From Burkholderiales bacterium (GTDB taxonomy: Bacteria; Pseudomonadota; Gammaproteobacteria; Burkholderiales; JAEUOS01), in the NCBI GenBank assembly GCA_016790695.1, contig JAEUOS010000192.1, forward strand, positions 13,064 to 77,063: DNA of 64,000 nt. The letters run 5' to 3'. A program made the position numbers and the translations under genes. Below, piece after piece: positions 1 through 9,373 of the stretch; within the stretch, counting starts at the first letter, position 1; each line of letters starts with the position of its first letter. The notes under the pieces are model-generated. The model saw only the letters and a program-made list of their open reading frames with translations. It was not told where the DNA came from and did no database searches.

Positions 1-165
1 ATCTACGGGCTCGAGCTGGCCCATCGCATCGCGGTCGCGCGCCGGCGCGCGCCGCGTGTGGTGCGGATGGCCGGGCACAACCACGTGTCGATCGTCGCGC
101 ACTTCAATTCGGGGGAGGACGTGCTGGGGCGGCAGATGCTCGCGTTCTTCGAACAGGGCCGCTGA
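1..165 (+). CDS. 3' end of a CDS entering from the left edge; function unknown, possibly the C-terminus of an alpha/beta hydrolase
   Basis: Frame 1 is open from base 1 to TGA at 163-165 (...MAGHNHVSIVAHFNSGEDVLGRQMLAFFEQGR*). Codon usage is GC3-rich like the neighbours. The fragment is too short to assign. Confidence 0.4.
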   Translation: MYGLELAHRIAVARRRAPRVVRMAGHNHVSIVAHFNSGEDVLGRQMLAFFEQGR

Positions 166-206
166 GCGGCAACTGCCGTCCTGACGGCTGCCGGTCGCCG
201 CCCCGC

Positions 207-1304
207 CTACCGCAGCGCCTCGCAGATCGCCCGCGTCACCGCCCCGGTGCCATCGCCGCCGCCGATGTCGGCCGGCCGCACCCGCCGCTCGCGGAACACG
301 GTGTCGACCGCGGCCTCGATCGACCGCGCGGCGTCGCACAGGTGCGGGGCATCACGCCGTTCGCCCAGCCAATCGAGCATCATCGCCGCCGACAGGATCG
401 CGGCCGTCGGGTTCGCGATGCCCCGGCCGGCGATGTCGGGCGCCGATCCGTGCGAGGGCTGGAACAGCGCGTGGCGGTCGCCGATATCCGCGGAGGGCGC
501 ATAGCCCATGCCGCAGACGAGCCCGGCGCCGAGGTCGGAGGTGATGTCGCCGAACTGGTTCTCCATCGGGCAGACGTCGTAGTCCCAGGGCTTGCGGATC
601 AGGTTCAGGCAATAGGCGTCGATGTAGCAATGGTCGGCGGCGATCCGCGGGTACCGGGCCGCGCGCTCGCGGAAGACGGCGTTCATGAACGCCATGCCGA
701 GGAACACGTTCGACTTGTCGATCAGCGTGACCCGCCCCTTGGCGGGGTCGCGCCGGGCGCGGCGCTCGGCCAGGCGGAACGCGAAGTCGAACAGGCGCTC
801 GCAGCCCCTGCGCGAGATCTCGCAGGTGTCCTGCACGGCTTCGTCGCCCGCGGCGTTGGTGACGCGGCGGCCTTGGCCGCGGGCGTGGAACCAGCCCTCG
901 GTCGATTCGCGCACGATCACGAAGTCGATCTTCGCCGCCTCGGGCGCGGCGAGCGGCAGCGGCAGGCCGGGGATCGCGCGGATCGGCCGCACGCCGGCGT
1001 AGAGGTCGAGCGCGACGCGCAGGTCCAGTTGCGGCGCGATCTCGGTGCCGTCCGGGTAGCGGATGTCGGGCCAGCCCATCGCGCCGAACAGGATCGCATC
1101 GGCGCGCTCGCTGGCCCGCATCGAGGCATCGGGAAAGGCGATGCCGGTGTCCTTGTACAGGTGCGCGCCGCCGGGACGGCGATCATGGGCGAGCCGGAAG
1201 CCGAAGCGCGCCTGGGCGCGGTCGAGCACGGCGAGCGCCGCGTCGGTGACCTCGATGCCGATGCCGTCGCCGGGCAGGACGACGATGTCGAATGCGGTGC
1301 TCAT
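207..1304 (-). CDS. Tartrate dehydrogenase / 3-isopropylmalate dehydrogenase family oxidative decarboxylase
   Basis: 365-aa ORF with Iso_dh-type motifs (VVLPGDGIGIEV, ENQFGDITSDLGAGL, GSAPDIAGRGIANP). It lies 22 nt downstream of otnI on the same strand. Confidence 0.85.
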   Translation of the reverse strand: MSTAFDIVVLPGDGIGIEVTDAALAVLDRAQARFGFRLAHDRRPGGAHLYKDTGIAFPDASMRASERADAILFGAMGWPDIRYPDGTEIAPQLDLRVALDLYAGVRPIRAIPGLPLPLAAPEAAKIDFVIVRESTEGWFHARGQGRRVTNAAGDEAVQDTCEISRRGCERLFDFAFRLAERRARRDPAKGRVTLIDKSNVFLGMAFMNAVFRERAARYPRIAADHCYIDAYCLNLIRKPWDYDVCPMENQFGDITSDLGAGLVCGMGYAPSADIGDRHALFQPSHGSAPDIAGRGIANPTAAILSAAMMLDWLGERRDAPHLCDAARSIEAAVDTVFRERRVRPADIGGGDGTGAVTRAICEALR

Positions 1305-1326
1305 GCGGGTGATTGCGGCGCGTTGG

Positions 1327-2097
1327 TCACGACTTCATCCAGGCCAGCCCGTCGCTGGTCCTGCCCCGGGGCCGGTATTCGCCCGCCACCCAGCCGTCGT
1401 AGCCCAGTTCGTCGATGAGCCGGAACAGGTACGGATAGTTGACTTCGCCCACGTCCGGCTCGTGGCGCTCGGGCACGCCGGCCACCTGGATGTGGCCCAC
1501 GCCGGCAATGTACTGACGGAACTTCATCGCGAGGTCGCCCTCGACGATCTGGCAGTGGTAGAAGTCCATCTGCACCTTGACCCGGTCGCTGCCGGTGTCC
1601 CTGCAGATCGCGTGCGCCTCGTCCTGGCGGTTCAGGAAGAACCCGGGGATGTCGCGCGTGTTGATCGGCTCGATGACCAGGATCAGATCGCGGCCCTTGA
1701 TCTGCTCTGCAGCCCAGGCGAGGTTGCTGACGTAGGTCGCGCGATGCTCCTCGCGCGATCGGCCGGGCGCCAGGATGCCGGCCATCACGTGCATGCGCTG
1801 GTTGCCCAGCACTTCCTGGTACGCCAGCGCCTGCTCGATCGAGCGCTTGAAGTCGTCCTCGCGCCCCGGCAGGGAGCCGATGCCGCGTTCTCCGCCGGCG
1901 AGGTCGCCGTGGGAGCAGTTGAACAGCACCTGCGTCAGGCCGTTGCGCGTCAGGCGCTCCCTGACTTCGGCGGCAGGGTGGTCGTAGACCGACATGGCTT
2001 CGACGCCCCGGAAGCCGTCGCGCGCGGCGGCGTCGTAGCGGTCGAGGAAGGCGTGCTCCTGGTACATCATCGAGAGATTGGCGGCGAACTTGGGCAT
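1327..2097 (-). CDS. otnI: 2-oxo-tetronate isomerase / hydroxypyruvate isomerase family (xylose-isomerase-like TIM barrel)
   Basis: Internal ATG at 2097 gives 256 aa starting [15 protein letters not shown], a typical Hyi/YgbM N-terminus. The upstream part of the 353-aa track ORF is Arg/Ser/Pro junk. Lies in the context of otnK/otnC. Confidence 0.8.
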   Translation of the reverse strand: MPKFAANLSMMYQEHAFLDRYDAAARDGFRGVEAMSVYDHPAAEVRERLTRNGLTQVLFNCSHGDLAGGERGIGSLPGREDDFKRSIEQALAYQEVLGNQRMHVMAGILAPGRSREEHRATYVSNLAWAAEQIKGRDLILVIEPINTRDIPGFFLNRQDEAHAICRDTGSDRVKVQMDFYHCQIVEGDLAMKFRQYIAGVGHIQVAGVPERHEPDVGEVNYPYLFRLIDELGYDGWVAGEYRPRGRTSDGLAWMKS

Positions 2098-2164
2098 GAC
2101 GGCGGCTCGAAAGGAAGGTCGGTTGATCGGCGGGCGGCCGCGCCGCGCGCGGCCGCGTCCGGCG

Positions 2165-3112
2165 CTAGAACAGCTGCCAGGGAATCGGGTCGAAGGCGTA
2201 GCCCTCGCCGGTCTTGCGCAGGCGGCCGATGCCGGGGAAGGCGACGTGCACGGCCGCGACCAGGATGTTCTCGCGCGCGGCCATGTCGAACAGCCGGGCG
2301 CGCACGGCGCGTGCGCCGTCCTGGTCGGAGTCGAACGCCACCGTGATCTCCGGGCGCGGGAACTGCACCGGCGCCACGTGCATCGCATCGCCGAGCGCCA
2401 GCAGGCGCGCCTCGCCCGACTGCACCATGTAGCAGCTGTGGCCCGGCGTGTGTCCCGCCGCGTGCACCGAGCGGATGCCGGCGGTCAGTTCGTCCCCGAG
2501 CGTGAAGGTGCGCAGGCGATCGCCGTAGGCGGCGAGCGCGCGCTCGGCGGCGACGAAGCGCGGCCGCTGGTTCTCCGGCGCCTTCGCCTTGTTCTCCGCG
2601 CTGCCCCAGAAGTCGACATCGGGCTTGGCCACGCGCACGACGGCGTTGGGGAACATGCGCGCGCCCTCGGGAGTCACCGTGCCGTGCAGGTGGTCGCCGT
2701 GCATGTGGGTGATGTACACCTCGTCGATCTGGCCGGGGTCGATGCCGGCGGCGGCGAGCGCCTGCGGCAGCCGCCCGGCGGTCGGCCCGAGCATGCGCGC
2801 GCCGCCGGCGTCGAGCAGCACGAGCTTCTCGCCGGTGTTGACGAGGAAGGTATTGACCGGCAGGCGCATCGGCCCGGCGGGCCAGCCGCCGGCGGCGAGC
2901 AGCTGGCGGATCAGGCCGGGGTCGCCGACGAGCACCGTCGGCGGCACGTCGATGTAGCCGTCGAGCAGCGTGGTGACCTCGAAGCTGCCGAGCTTCATGC
3001 GGTGGGCGCTGACCATCTGCCCGCCGGCGATGGGCGCCCTGGCCCCTGCCGCCTGCATGCCCAGCCCCAGGCCGGTTGCCGCCGTGGCGGCCAGGAATTC
3101 ACGTCGTTTCAT
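2165..3112 (-). CDS. Tat-exported metallo-beta-lactamase-fold hydrolase (lactonase-like)
   Basis: Start at 3112 ([18 protein letters not shown], a twin-arginine signal), preceded by GGAGG. HxHxDH motif (THMHGDH). 315 aa. Confidence 0.85.
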   Translation of the reverse strand: MKRREFLAATAATGLGLGMQAAGARAPIAGGQMVSAHRMKLGSFEVTTLLDGYIDVPPTVLVGDPGLIRQLLAAGGWPAGPMRLPVNTFLVNTGEKLVLLDAGGARMLGPTAGRLPQALAAAGIDPGQIDEVYITHMHGDHLHGTVTPEGARMFPNAVVRVAKPDVDFWGSAENKAKAPENQRPRFVAAERALAAYGDRLRTFTLGDELTAGIRSVHAAGHTPGHSCYMVQSGEARLLALGDAMHVAPVQFPRPEITVAFDSDQDGARAVRARLFDMAARENILVAAVHVAFPGIGRLRKTGEGYAFDPIPWQLF

Positions 3113-3143
3113 GTGCAGCTCCTCCGTGGTTGATGGAACGTCC

Positions 3144-3788
3144 TCACCTGTTGCGTTCGCGCAGGTCCGCGACCTGCTGCGCGTCGAGCATGCGCAGCCG
3201 CCTGCCGTGCAGGAGCAGGAACAGCTTGGCCGTCTCCTCGAGTTCCTCGATGGCGTCGGCGGCGGCGGCCAGCGAACTGCCCGCCACCACCGGACCGTGA
3301 TTGGCCAGCAGCAGCGCATGGTGCCTGCCGGCGAACCGCCGCACCGCCTCGGCGAGCGCGATGTCGCCCGGGGCAAAGTACGGCACCAGCGGCAGCGTTC
3401 CGACACGCATCACGTAGTAGGCGGTGATCGGCGGCAGCACGTCGGCCGGGTCGACGTCGGCCAGCACCGAGGCGGCGACCGAGTGGGTCGAGTGCAGGTG
3501 CACCACCGCGCCGGGCGGCGCGCCGGCGCGCGCGCGCTCCTCGTACATCGCCAGGTGCAGGAAGTGTTCCTTCGACGGCTTGTCGCCCGACAGCAGGCGG
3601 CCTTGCCAGTCGAGCCTGGACAGGCGCGCGGGGTCGAGGCTGCCGAGCGACGAGCCGGTGGGCGTGAGCAGCCAGCCGTCATCGAGGCGCGCGCTGATGT
3701 TGCCGGTGGAGCCGTGCGTGAGCCCGCGATCGAACATCGACTTGGCGATGCGGCAGATCGATTCGCGCGCCGCGCTCTCGGCGCTCAT
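3144..3788 (-). CDS. otnC: Class II aldolase/adducin family; 3-oxo-tetronate 4-phosphate decarboxylase-like
   Basis: 214 aa from MSAESAARESICRIAKSMFDRGLTHGSTGNIS, with HLHSTHS metal-binding histidines. Its ATG overlaps the otnK stop (ATGA). Confidence 0.8.
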   Translation of the reverse strand: MSAESAARESICRIAKSMFDRGLTHGSTGNISARLDDGWLLTPTGSSLGSLDPARLSRLDWQGRLLSGDKPSKEHFLHLAMYEERARAGAPPGAVVHLHSTHSVAASVLADVDPADVLPPITAYYVMRVGTLPLVPYFAPGDIALAEAVRRFAGRHHALLLANHGPVVAGSSLAAAADAIEELEETAKLFLLLHGRRLRMLDAQQVADLRERNR

Positions 3789-5044
3789 GCGAGCTGCTCC
3801 AGCGCCTTGGCGAAGAAATCGACGCTGCCGAAGTTGCCGGACTTGAGGGCCAGCGCCACCGGCGTCGCGCCGTCGGCCAGGGTCCAGGGCACGCCGGGGT
3901 CGATCTGCGGGCCGATGCGCAGCGTCTGCACGCCGAGCGCCTGGACCACCGCGCCCGAGGTTTCGCCGCCGGCGACCACGAGCTTGCGCACCCCCAGGGC
4001 GACCAGCCCTTGCGCAATCTGCGACAGCGCGCCTTCGATCAATGCGCCTGCCGCCGCGGTGCCGAGCCGCGCCTGCACCGCCCGGACCTCGGCGGGCGTG
4101 CTGGTGGCGTAGACCAGCACCGGCGCGCGGGCGAGCTGGGCGCCTGCCCAGTCGAGCGCGCGGCGCACCACCGGCGCGCCGGCGGCGAGTTCGAGTGCAT
4201 CGACGCGGAATGCCGGCCGGCTGCGGCGCCATTCCTCGACCTGCGCGTTGGTGGCCACCGAGCAGGAGCCGGAGACCACCGCGCCGCTGCCGCTGACCCG
4301 CGGCAGGGCGGACGCGGTGGCGGCATGGGCGAGCCGTCCCCGGGCGCGCGCGTTGAGCGCCAGGCCCAGCCCGACGCCCGACCCGGCCGTGACCAGGGGC
4401 ATGTCCTCGCAGGCCGCACCGATGGCGCCGAGGTCGGCATCCGACACCGCGTCGACGATCGCCATGGCGGTGCCTTCGGCCGCGAGCGCGGCGAAGCGCT
4501 CGCGGATCGCCTGCGGCCCCGCGGCCACGGTGTCGAAGCGGACCAGCCCGACCCGGCGCCGGGTCTGCGCCTGCAGCACCCGCACCAGGCTGGCGTCGGT
4601 CATCGGGGTGAGCGGGTGATCCTTCATCCCCGACTCGGAGAGCAGGACGTCGCCGACGAAGAGGTAGCCGCGGAAGATGGTGCGGCCGTTCTCCGGAAAC
4701 GCCGGGCAGGCGATGGTGAACCCGGTGCCGAGCGCGTCCATCAGCGCGTCGGTCACCGGGCCGATGTTTCCCTGCGGCGTCGAGTCGAACGTCGAGCAGT
4801 ACTTGAAGTAGACCTGCGGCGCGCCGTGCGCGCGCAGCCACGCCAGCGCGGCGAGCGACTGCGCCACCGCCTCCTGCGCGGGGATGGTCCGCGACTTCAG
4901 CGCCACGACCACCGCGTCGACGTCGTCCGGGGGCGGCCCCGCCGGCACGCCGATGGCCTGGATCGTGCGCATGCCGCCCTTGACCAGCATGCTGGCGAGG
5001 TCGGTGGCGCCGGTGAAGTCGTCGGCGATGCAGCCCAGCAGCAT
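3785..5044 (-). CDS. otnK: Four-carbon acid-sugar kinase (DUF1537 family; 3-oxo-tetronate kinase-like)
   Basis: 419 aa from MLLGCIADDFTGATDLASML, a hallmark DUF1537 N-terminus. Codon count from the stop at 3785 places the ATG at 5044, 1 nt into the ltnD stop. Confidence 0.85.
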   Translation of the reverse strand: MLLGCIADDFTGATDLASMLVKGGMRTIQAIGVPAGPPPDDVDAVVVALKSRTIPAQEAVAQSLAALAWLRAHGAPQVYFKYCSTFDSTPQGNIGPVTDALMDALGTGFTIACPAFPENGRTIFRGYLFVGDVLLSESGMKDHPLTPMTDASLVRVLQAQTRRRVGLVRFDTVAAGPQAIRERFAALAAEGTAMAIVDAVSDADLGAIGAACEDMPLVTAGSGVGLGLALNARARGRLAHAATASALPRVSGSGAVVSGSCSVATNAQVEEWRRSRPAFRVDALELAAGAPVVRRALDWAGAQLARAPVLVYATSTPAEVRAVQARLGTAAAGALIEGALSQIAQGLVALGVRKLVVAGGETSGAVVQALGVQTLRIGPQIDPGVPWTLADGATPVALALKSGNFGSVDFFAKALEQLA

Positions 5045-5943
5045 CACGCCTTCTCCCTGGCGGCCGGCAGGGTGATGCCGGGGAAGATCTTGATCACCGC
5101 CGCGTCGTCCTCGCGCGCGTGGCCGGCGGTGGAAGCCATCATGAACATCTGGTGCGCCGCGGCCGACAGCGGCAGCGGGAACTTGGTCGCGCGCGCGGTG
5201 TCGAGCACCAGTCCCAGGTCCTTGACGAAGATGTCGACCGCGGACAGCGGCGTGTAGTCGCCGGCGAGCACGTGGGCCATGCGATTCTCGAACATCCAGG
5301 AATTGCCGGCGCTGTGGGTGATCACCTCGTAGAGCGCCTCGGGCGCGACACCCTCGCGGATGCCCAGGGCCATCGCCTCGGCCGCGGCGGCGATGTGCAC
5401 GCCCGCGAGCAGCTGATTGATGATCTTGACCTTCGAGCCGTTGCCGGCGGACGCGCCCAACCGGTAGACGCGTGTCGCCATCGCCTCGAGCATCGCATCG
5501 CATTTCGCGTAGGCGGCAGGGCGCCCGGCGGTCATCATGGTCATCTCGCCCGCGGCGGCGCGCGCGGCGCCGCCCGAGATCGGCGCGTCGAGGAACAGGA
5601 GGCCCAGCGCCTCCAGGCGCGCCTCGAGCGCGATCGCGAACGCCGGCGCGACCGTGCTGCAGAGCGCGAACACGCTGCCGGGCCGCAGCGCCGCGGCCGC
5701 GCCATCCGGGCCGAACAGCACCGCCTCGGTCTGCTCGGCGTTGACGACCACGCAGAACACCACGTCGCAGGCCGCGGCGAGCACCGCCGGCGACGCGCAG
5801 GCGACGCCGCCGTCGCGCACGAACTCCTCCGCGGCCTCGGCGCGGATGTCGCAGACGTGCACCGCGAATCCGGCACGGCGCAGCGAGGCCGCCATGCCGC
5901 GCCCCATCGCGCCCAGGCCGATCACCCCCACCTTCTGTTTCAC
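5044..5943 (-). CDS. ltnD: HIBADH-type NAD(P) dehydrogenase; L-threonate (or D-erythronate) 2-dehydrogenase-like
   Basis: GTG start at 5943 (VKQKVGVIGLGAMGRGMA Rossmann motif), 299 aa. GTGA overlap with the upstream MetE-like stop. Same gene order as E. coli ygbJ-K-L-M. It could equally be denD. Confidence 0.75.
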   Translation of the reverse strand: MKQKVGVIGLGAMGRGMAASLRRAGFAVHVCDIRAEAAEEFVRDGGVACASPAVLAAACDVVFCVVVNAEQTEAVLFGPDGAAAALRPGSVFALCSTVAPAFAIALEARLEALGLLFLDAPISGGAARAAAGEMTMMTAGRPAAYAKCDAMLEAMATRVYRLGASAGNGSKVKIINQLLAGVHIAAAAEAMALGIREGVAPEALYEVITHSAGNSWMFENRMAHVLAGDYTPLSAVDIFVKDLGLVLDTARATKFPLPLSAAAHQMFMMASTAGHAREDDAAVIKIFPGITLPAAREKA

Positions 5944-7109
5944 GTCGATTCCTTTCGGTGCGTCCACAGGCGCCGGGAGGCCAGCGCGGCCCCCTCGACC
6001 ATGGAAGCCAGTTTCGCATAGCAGACGTCGGGGTCGACCGCGCCGTCGCCGGCAAAGGTCGAGAAGCCGCAATCGGACCCCGCCATCACGCGCTCGCGCC
6101 CGACGATGTCGGCGAACACGCACAGCCGCTGCGCGATCCATTCGGGGTGCTCGATGATGTTCGAGGTCGAGGCGATCACCCCCGGCACCAGCACCATGTC
6201 CTCGGGAATCTCGCGGCGGCGCTCCGCGAACACCCGCCACTCGTGGGCATGGCGCGGATTGGCCGCCTCGAACAGCAGGGTGCGCGGCCGCGCGCGCATC
6301 ACGATCGGGAACAGCTGGTCGAGCGCGATGTCGCGGTGATGCGGTCCCTCGTAGTTGCCCCAGCACAGGTGCAGGCGCAATCGTTCGGGCGGCAGCCCGT
6401 CGAGGGCCGCATTGAGCGCTTCGACCTGTGCGGCCGCGTGCCGCAGGAACGCCTCGTCGGTCTGCTCCTTGAAGGCGACGTGCCGGCCCATGGCCAGGTC
6501 GGGGCAGTCGATCTGCAGGTCGAAGCCCGCCGCGACGATGGCGCGGTACTCCTCGCGCATCGCCTGCGCCAGCGCGTCGAGGTAGCGCTGCGGCGACCCG
6601 TAGTAGAGGTCGGTCTGGAACACCGCGATCACGCCGGGCGAGGCCGCGTTCATGAATGCGCGCGGCGCCCCGGCAGCCTCGAGCGCGGCGCGCAGGCGCG
6701 CCAGGTCGGCCGCGAGCGGCGCCCGATCCCTGACCGCGACCGGCCCGGTGCAGCAGGGCCGGGCCAGCCGGATGGCGCCGCCGCGGCGCGCCAGAAGCCG
6801 CTCGAGATAGCCCGGGAAGTCCTCCAGGTCGGCGCTGCGCACCGGCCGGCTCGCGCCGGAGAACCCCGACAGCCGGTCCTTGATGTAGGTGGCGTAGCTC
6901 GGCTTGCTCTGCTCGCCGTCGCTGACGATGTCGATGCCGCTGGCGCGCTGGCGGGCAACGACCTGGGTGACGGCCGCGGCCATCACCCGGTCGAACGCGG
7001 CCGGGTCGGCGTCCTCGCCGCGTTCGCGCCGGGCGAGAACGTCCACCACCGGCTGGGCGCGCGGCAGCGAGCCGACGTGGGTGGTGAGAATCCGGGTCGG
7101 GGCGGCCAT
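5940..7109 (-). CDS. Cobalamin-independent methionine synthase (MetE C-terminal/UROD-like) family protein, function unclear
   Basis: 389 aa; MAAPTRILTTHVGSLPR N-terminus and the CWGNYEGPH, SDCGF signature of MetE-like TIM barrels. First gene of the otn operon. Confidence 0.8.
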   Translation of the reverse strand: MAAPTRILTTHVGSLPRAQPVVDVLARRERGEDADPAAFDRVMAAAVTQVVARQRASGIDIVSDGEQSKPSYATYIKDRLSGFSGASRPVRSADLEDFPGYLERLLARRGGAIRLARPCCTGPVAVRDRAPLAADLARLRAALEAAGAPRAFMNAASPGVIAVFQTDLYYGSPQRYLDALAQAMREEYRAIVAAGFDLQIDCPDLAMGRHVAFKEQTDEAFLRHAAAQVEALNAALDGLPPERLRLHLCWGNYEGPHHRDIALDQLFPIVMRARPRTLLFEAANPRHAHEWRVFAERRREIPEDMVLVPGVIASTSNIIEHPEWIAQRLCVFADIVGRERVMAGSDCGFSTFAGDGAVDPDVCYAKLASMVEGAALASRRLWTHRKEST

Positions 7110-7188
7110 CGTTCATCCGCCCCGCGAGCAGCGCCGACGCACGCCGCAACCCGGGGGCGGCGCGGCGCGATGGCGGGACGGGCGGCGC

Positions 7189-7899
7189 TCACGCATGGCG
7201 CAGGAAGTCGACGACGGCGGCGGGATTGGTCTGCATCAGTTCGTGTCCGCCGGGCACGCGATCGACGCGCCAGCCGGCCAGCGCGAGCTGGTCCGCGCAG
7301 TCCAGGTATGGCTGGGGGTCGCGATCGGTGGCGATCAGGTAGGCGCCGCCGTGGTCGCGCAGCGCCGCCCCGGGCAACGAAACCGGCTCGGCGAAGGTGC
7401 GCCAGGGCTGCGGCGTCAGGCGCGCGCCGATGGCGGCGGCGAGCGCCGGGTCGGCGATGTGGAACTGGCGCGGGTCGGGCGGAGGAATCAGCAGTCCGTC
7501 GCCGCGGTCGTACGCGGTCTCCCGGTAACGCTGCGCGGCCGCCGGCGGCACCGCGTCGAGCAGCGCCTGGCCGGGCGCGGCCAGCGCCGCCTCGATGAGC
7601 CGCAGTCCGACGACCCGGCCGCGCAGGCGCCCGAGCAGCGCCGGCCCCAGCACGCCCGAGTAGGAGTGCAGGACCAGGACCACGCGCTCGAGGTCGAGCG
7701 TCTCGACGAACTGCGCGACGTCGAGCACATGGCGGTCGGCATCGATCTCGCGCGGGCGGCGATCCTGCCGGTGCGCGAGGCCGGACAGCGTGAGCGCGTA
7801 TGCGGACTCGCCGCACGCGGCCAGCCGCGCCTCGACCGCGGCCCAGCACCAGCCGCCGTGCCAGGCGCCGTGGACCAGGACGTAGGAGCGCCGCGCCAC
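7189..7899 (-). CDS. Alpha/beta hydrolase (methylesterase-like)
   Basis: 236 aa; YVLVHGAWHGGWCW N-terminus and nucleophile elbow LHSYSGVLG. Confidence 0.8.
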   Translation of the reverse strand: MARRSYVLVHGAWHGGWCWAAVEARLAACGESAYALTLSGLAHRQDRRPREIDADRHVLDVAQFVETLDLERVVLVLHSYSGVLGPALLGRLRGRVVGLRLIEAALAAPGQALLDAVPPAAAQRYRETAYDRGDGLLIPPPDPRQFHIADPALAAAIGARLTPQPWRTFAEPVSLPGAALRDHGGAYLIATDRDPQPYLDCADQLALAGWRVDRVPGGHELMQTNPAAVVDFLRHA

Positions 7900-7911
7900 G
7901 TCGTCGGAAGG

Positions 7912-8502
7912 TCAGCCGATGCGGGTGGCGCTGCCGTCGGCGTCGAACCCGGCGCCGACCGCCTTGGCCTTCTCGGCCACCGTCGCATCCCACTTGACCG
8001 GCCCGGGGCGCCTGCCGCCGAGAATCGACACGAGCATGCCGCCGGTCTCGGGATCGTCGCCGTCGAGGCTGCGGAACGAGCGGTGCACGAAGGGCGGGAC
8101 GCTGATGGTGTCGCGCGGCCCGAGGGTGACGGTGTGCGTGCGTCCCGTGGCGCCGTCGATCCAGTCGAAATCCCAGCGGCCGCGGTGGACGAAGAAGACC
8201 TCCTCGGTGTCGTGCCAGTGCATCGCCGCGCCGCAGTTGGTCGGCGCAACGATGAAGTCGATGTGGAAGTTCTCCGCCGTCGCGATGCGCGGCTGGAACG
8301 CGGGGTTGTCGGTCACGCCCGAGCCGATCACGCTGTAGAGCGTGCGCTCATGGCCGCGGATGTAGGTGTCGACGAACGCGCGCGGGCTCGCCGGAATGTC
8401 GCCCCAGCGCGCCACGCGGCTCGCCATCTGCTCCGGCGGACAGGCCGCCGAGGCGGCGACGTGCGCGCTCCAGTTCTCTGCGAGTTGCTCCCTGGTGGTC
8501 AT
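7912..8502 (-). CDS. Cupin domain protein
   Basis: 196 aa; MHWHDTEEVFFVHRGRW cupin motif; AAGGAG Shine-Dalgarno upstream of the ATG. Paralogous to 34854-35411. Confidence 0.7.
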   Translation of the reverse strand: MTTREQLAENWSAHVAASAACPPEQMASRVARWGDIPASPRAFVDTYIRGHERTLYSVIGSGVTDNPAFQPRIATAENFHIDFIVAPTNCGAAMHWHDTEEVFFVHRGRWDFDWIDGATGRTHTVTLGPRDTISVPPFVHRSFRSLDGDDPETGGMLVSILGGRRPGPVKWDATVAEKAKAVGAGFDADGSATRIG

Positions 8503-8553
8503 CTTGACTCCTTTCTCGAGGTCGATCGATTGCCGACGTGCGCGGCGCGTGCC

Positions 8554-9372
8554 TCATCCCTTGACCGCGCCGGCAGTCAGCCCGGTGATGATCTGCTTGG
8601 CGGCGACGAAGGTGAAGACCAGCGGCGGCAGCGCGATGAGCACGCCGGCGGCCATGATCTTGCCCCACTCGACGCCGGTGTCGGTGATGTAGTTGGAGAT
8701 CGATGCGGGCAGGGTGCGCGTGTGGCGGTTGGTCAGGATGAACGAGAGGATGAACTCGTTCCAGGCCAGGCGGAACGTGAAGATCGCGGCCGCCGCGAGC
8801 CCCGGCTTGAGCAGCGGCAGGATCACCACCCAGAACACGCGGAACGGGCCGCAGCCGTCGATGGCGGCGGCCTCCTCGAGTTCCTCGGGCACCTGCTCGA
8901 TGAAGCCGTACAGCAGCCAGATCGTGAACGGCAGGTTGAGCGCGACGTAGACGAGGATCACCCCGCTCAGGGTGTCGTTGATGCCCCAGGTCGACCAGAT
9001 CACGAACACCGGGACCGCGAGCACCGCGGGGGGCAGGGTGCGCAGCACCAGCGTGCCGTAGGAGAGGGTGCCGCGCCCGAGGAAGCGGAAGCGGGCGAGC
9101 GCATAGGCGCACATGGTGCCGAACAGCAGGGTGATCGCGGTCGCGGCGATCGAGATGACGAGGCTGTTCTTCAGGTAGCGATCGATGTGGCCGTCCTCGA
9201 TGACCGCGCGGAAATTGTCCATCGTCGGCATGAAGAACCAGGACCACGAGGTGTCGAAGATCTGCCGCTCGGTCTTGAACGCGGTCAGCGCCAGCACGAT
9301 CACCGGCAGCAGGCAGACGACCGACAGCGCGGTCAGGATCAGATAGTGGACCAGGGCGTCGAGGCGGCGCAT
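8554..9372 (-). CDS. Carbohydrate (CUT1) ABC transporter permease, MalG/UgpE-like
   Basis: 272 aa, multi-TM, with EAA loop (EELEEAAAIDGCGPFRVFW). Confidence 0.9.
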   Translation of the reverse strand: MRRLDALVHYLILTALSVVCLLPVIVLALTAFKTERQIFDTSWSWFFMPTMDNFRAVIEDGHIDRYLKNSLVISIAATAITLLFGTMCAYALARFRFLGRGTLSYGTLVLRTLPPAVLAVPVFVIWSTWGINDTLSGVILVYVALNLPFTIWLLYGFIEQVPEELEEAAAIDGCGPFRVFWVVILPLLKPGLAAAAIFTFRLAWNEFILSFILTNRHTRTLPASISNYITDTGVEWGKIMAAGVLIALPPLVFTFVAAKQIITGLTAGAVKG

Positions 9373-9373
9373 G

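Noticed and set aside
3785-6055. Track ORFs that merge or over-extend real genes, e.g. 3144-4841, 3785-6055, 5044-7149, 10344-12617, 16807-18957, 17949-20372, 22389-23864, 54270-56006, 55058-57256, 57856-60192 and 58416-60941.
   Set aside because: The N-terminal parts are junk-like and overlap the preceding gene. Internal ATG/GTG starts coincide with family-typical N-termini, with Shine-Dalgarno sequences, or with ATGA/GTGA/TGATG coupling to the upstream stop. I placed the starts by codon counting from the stop.
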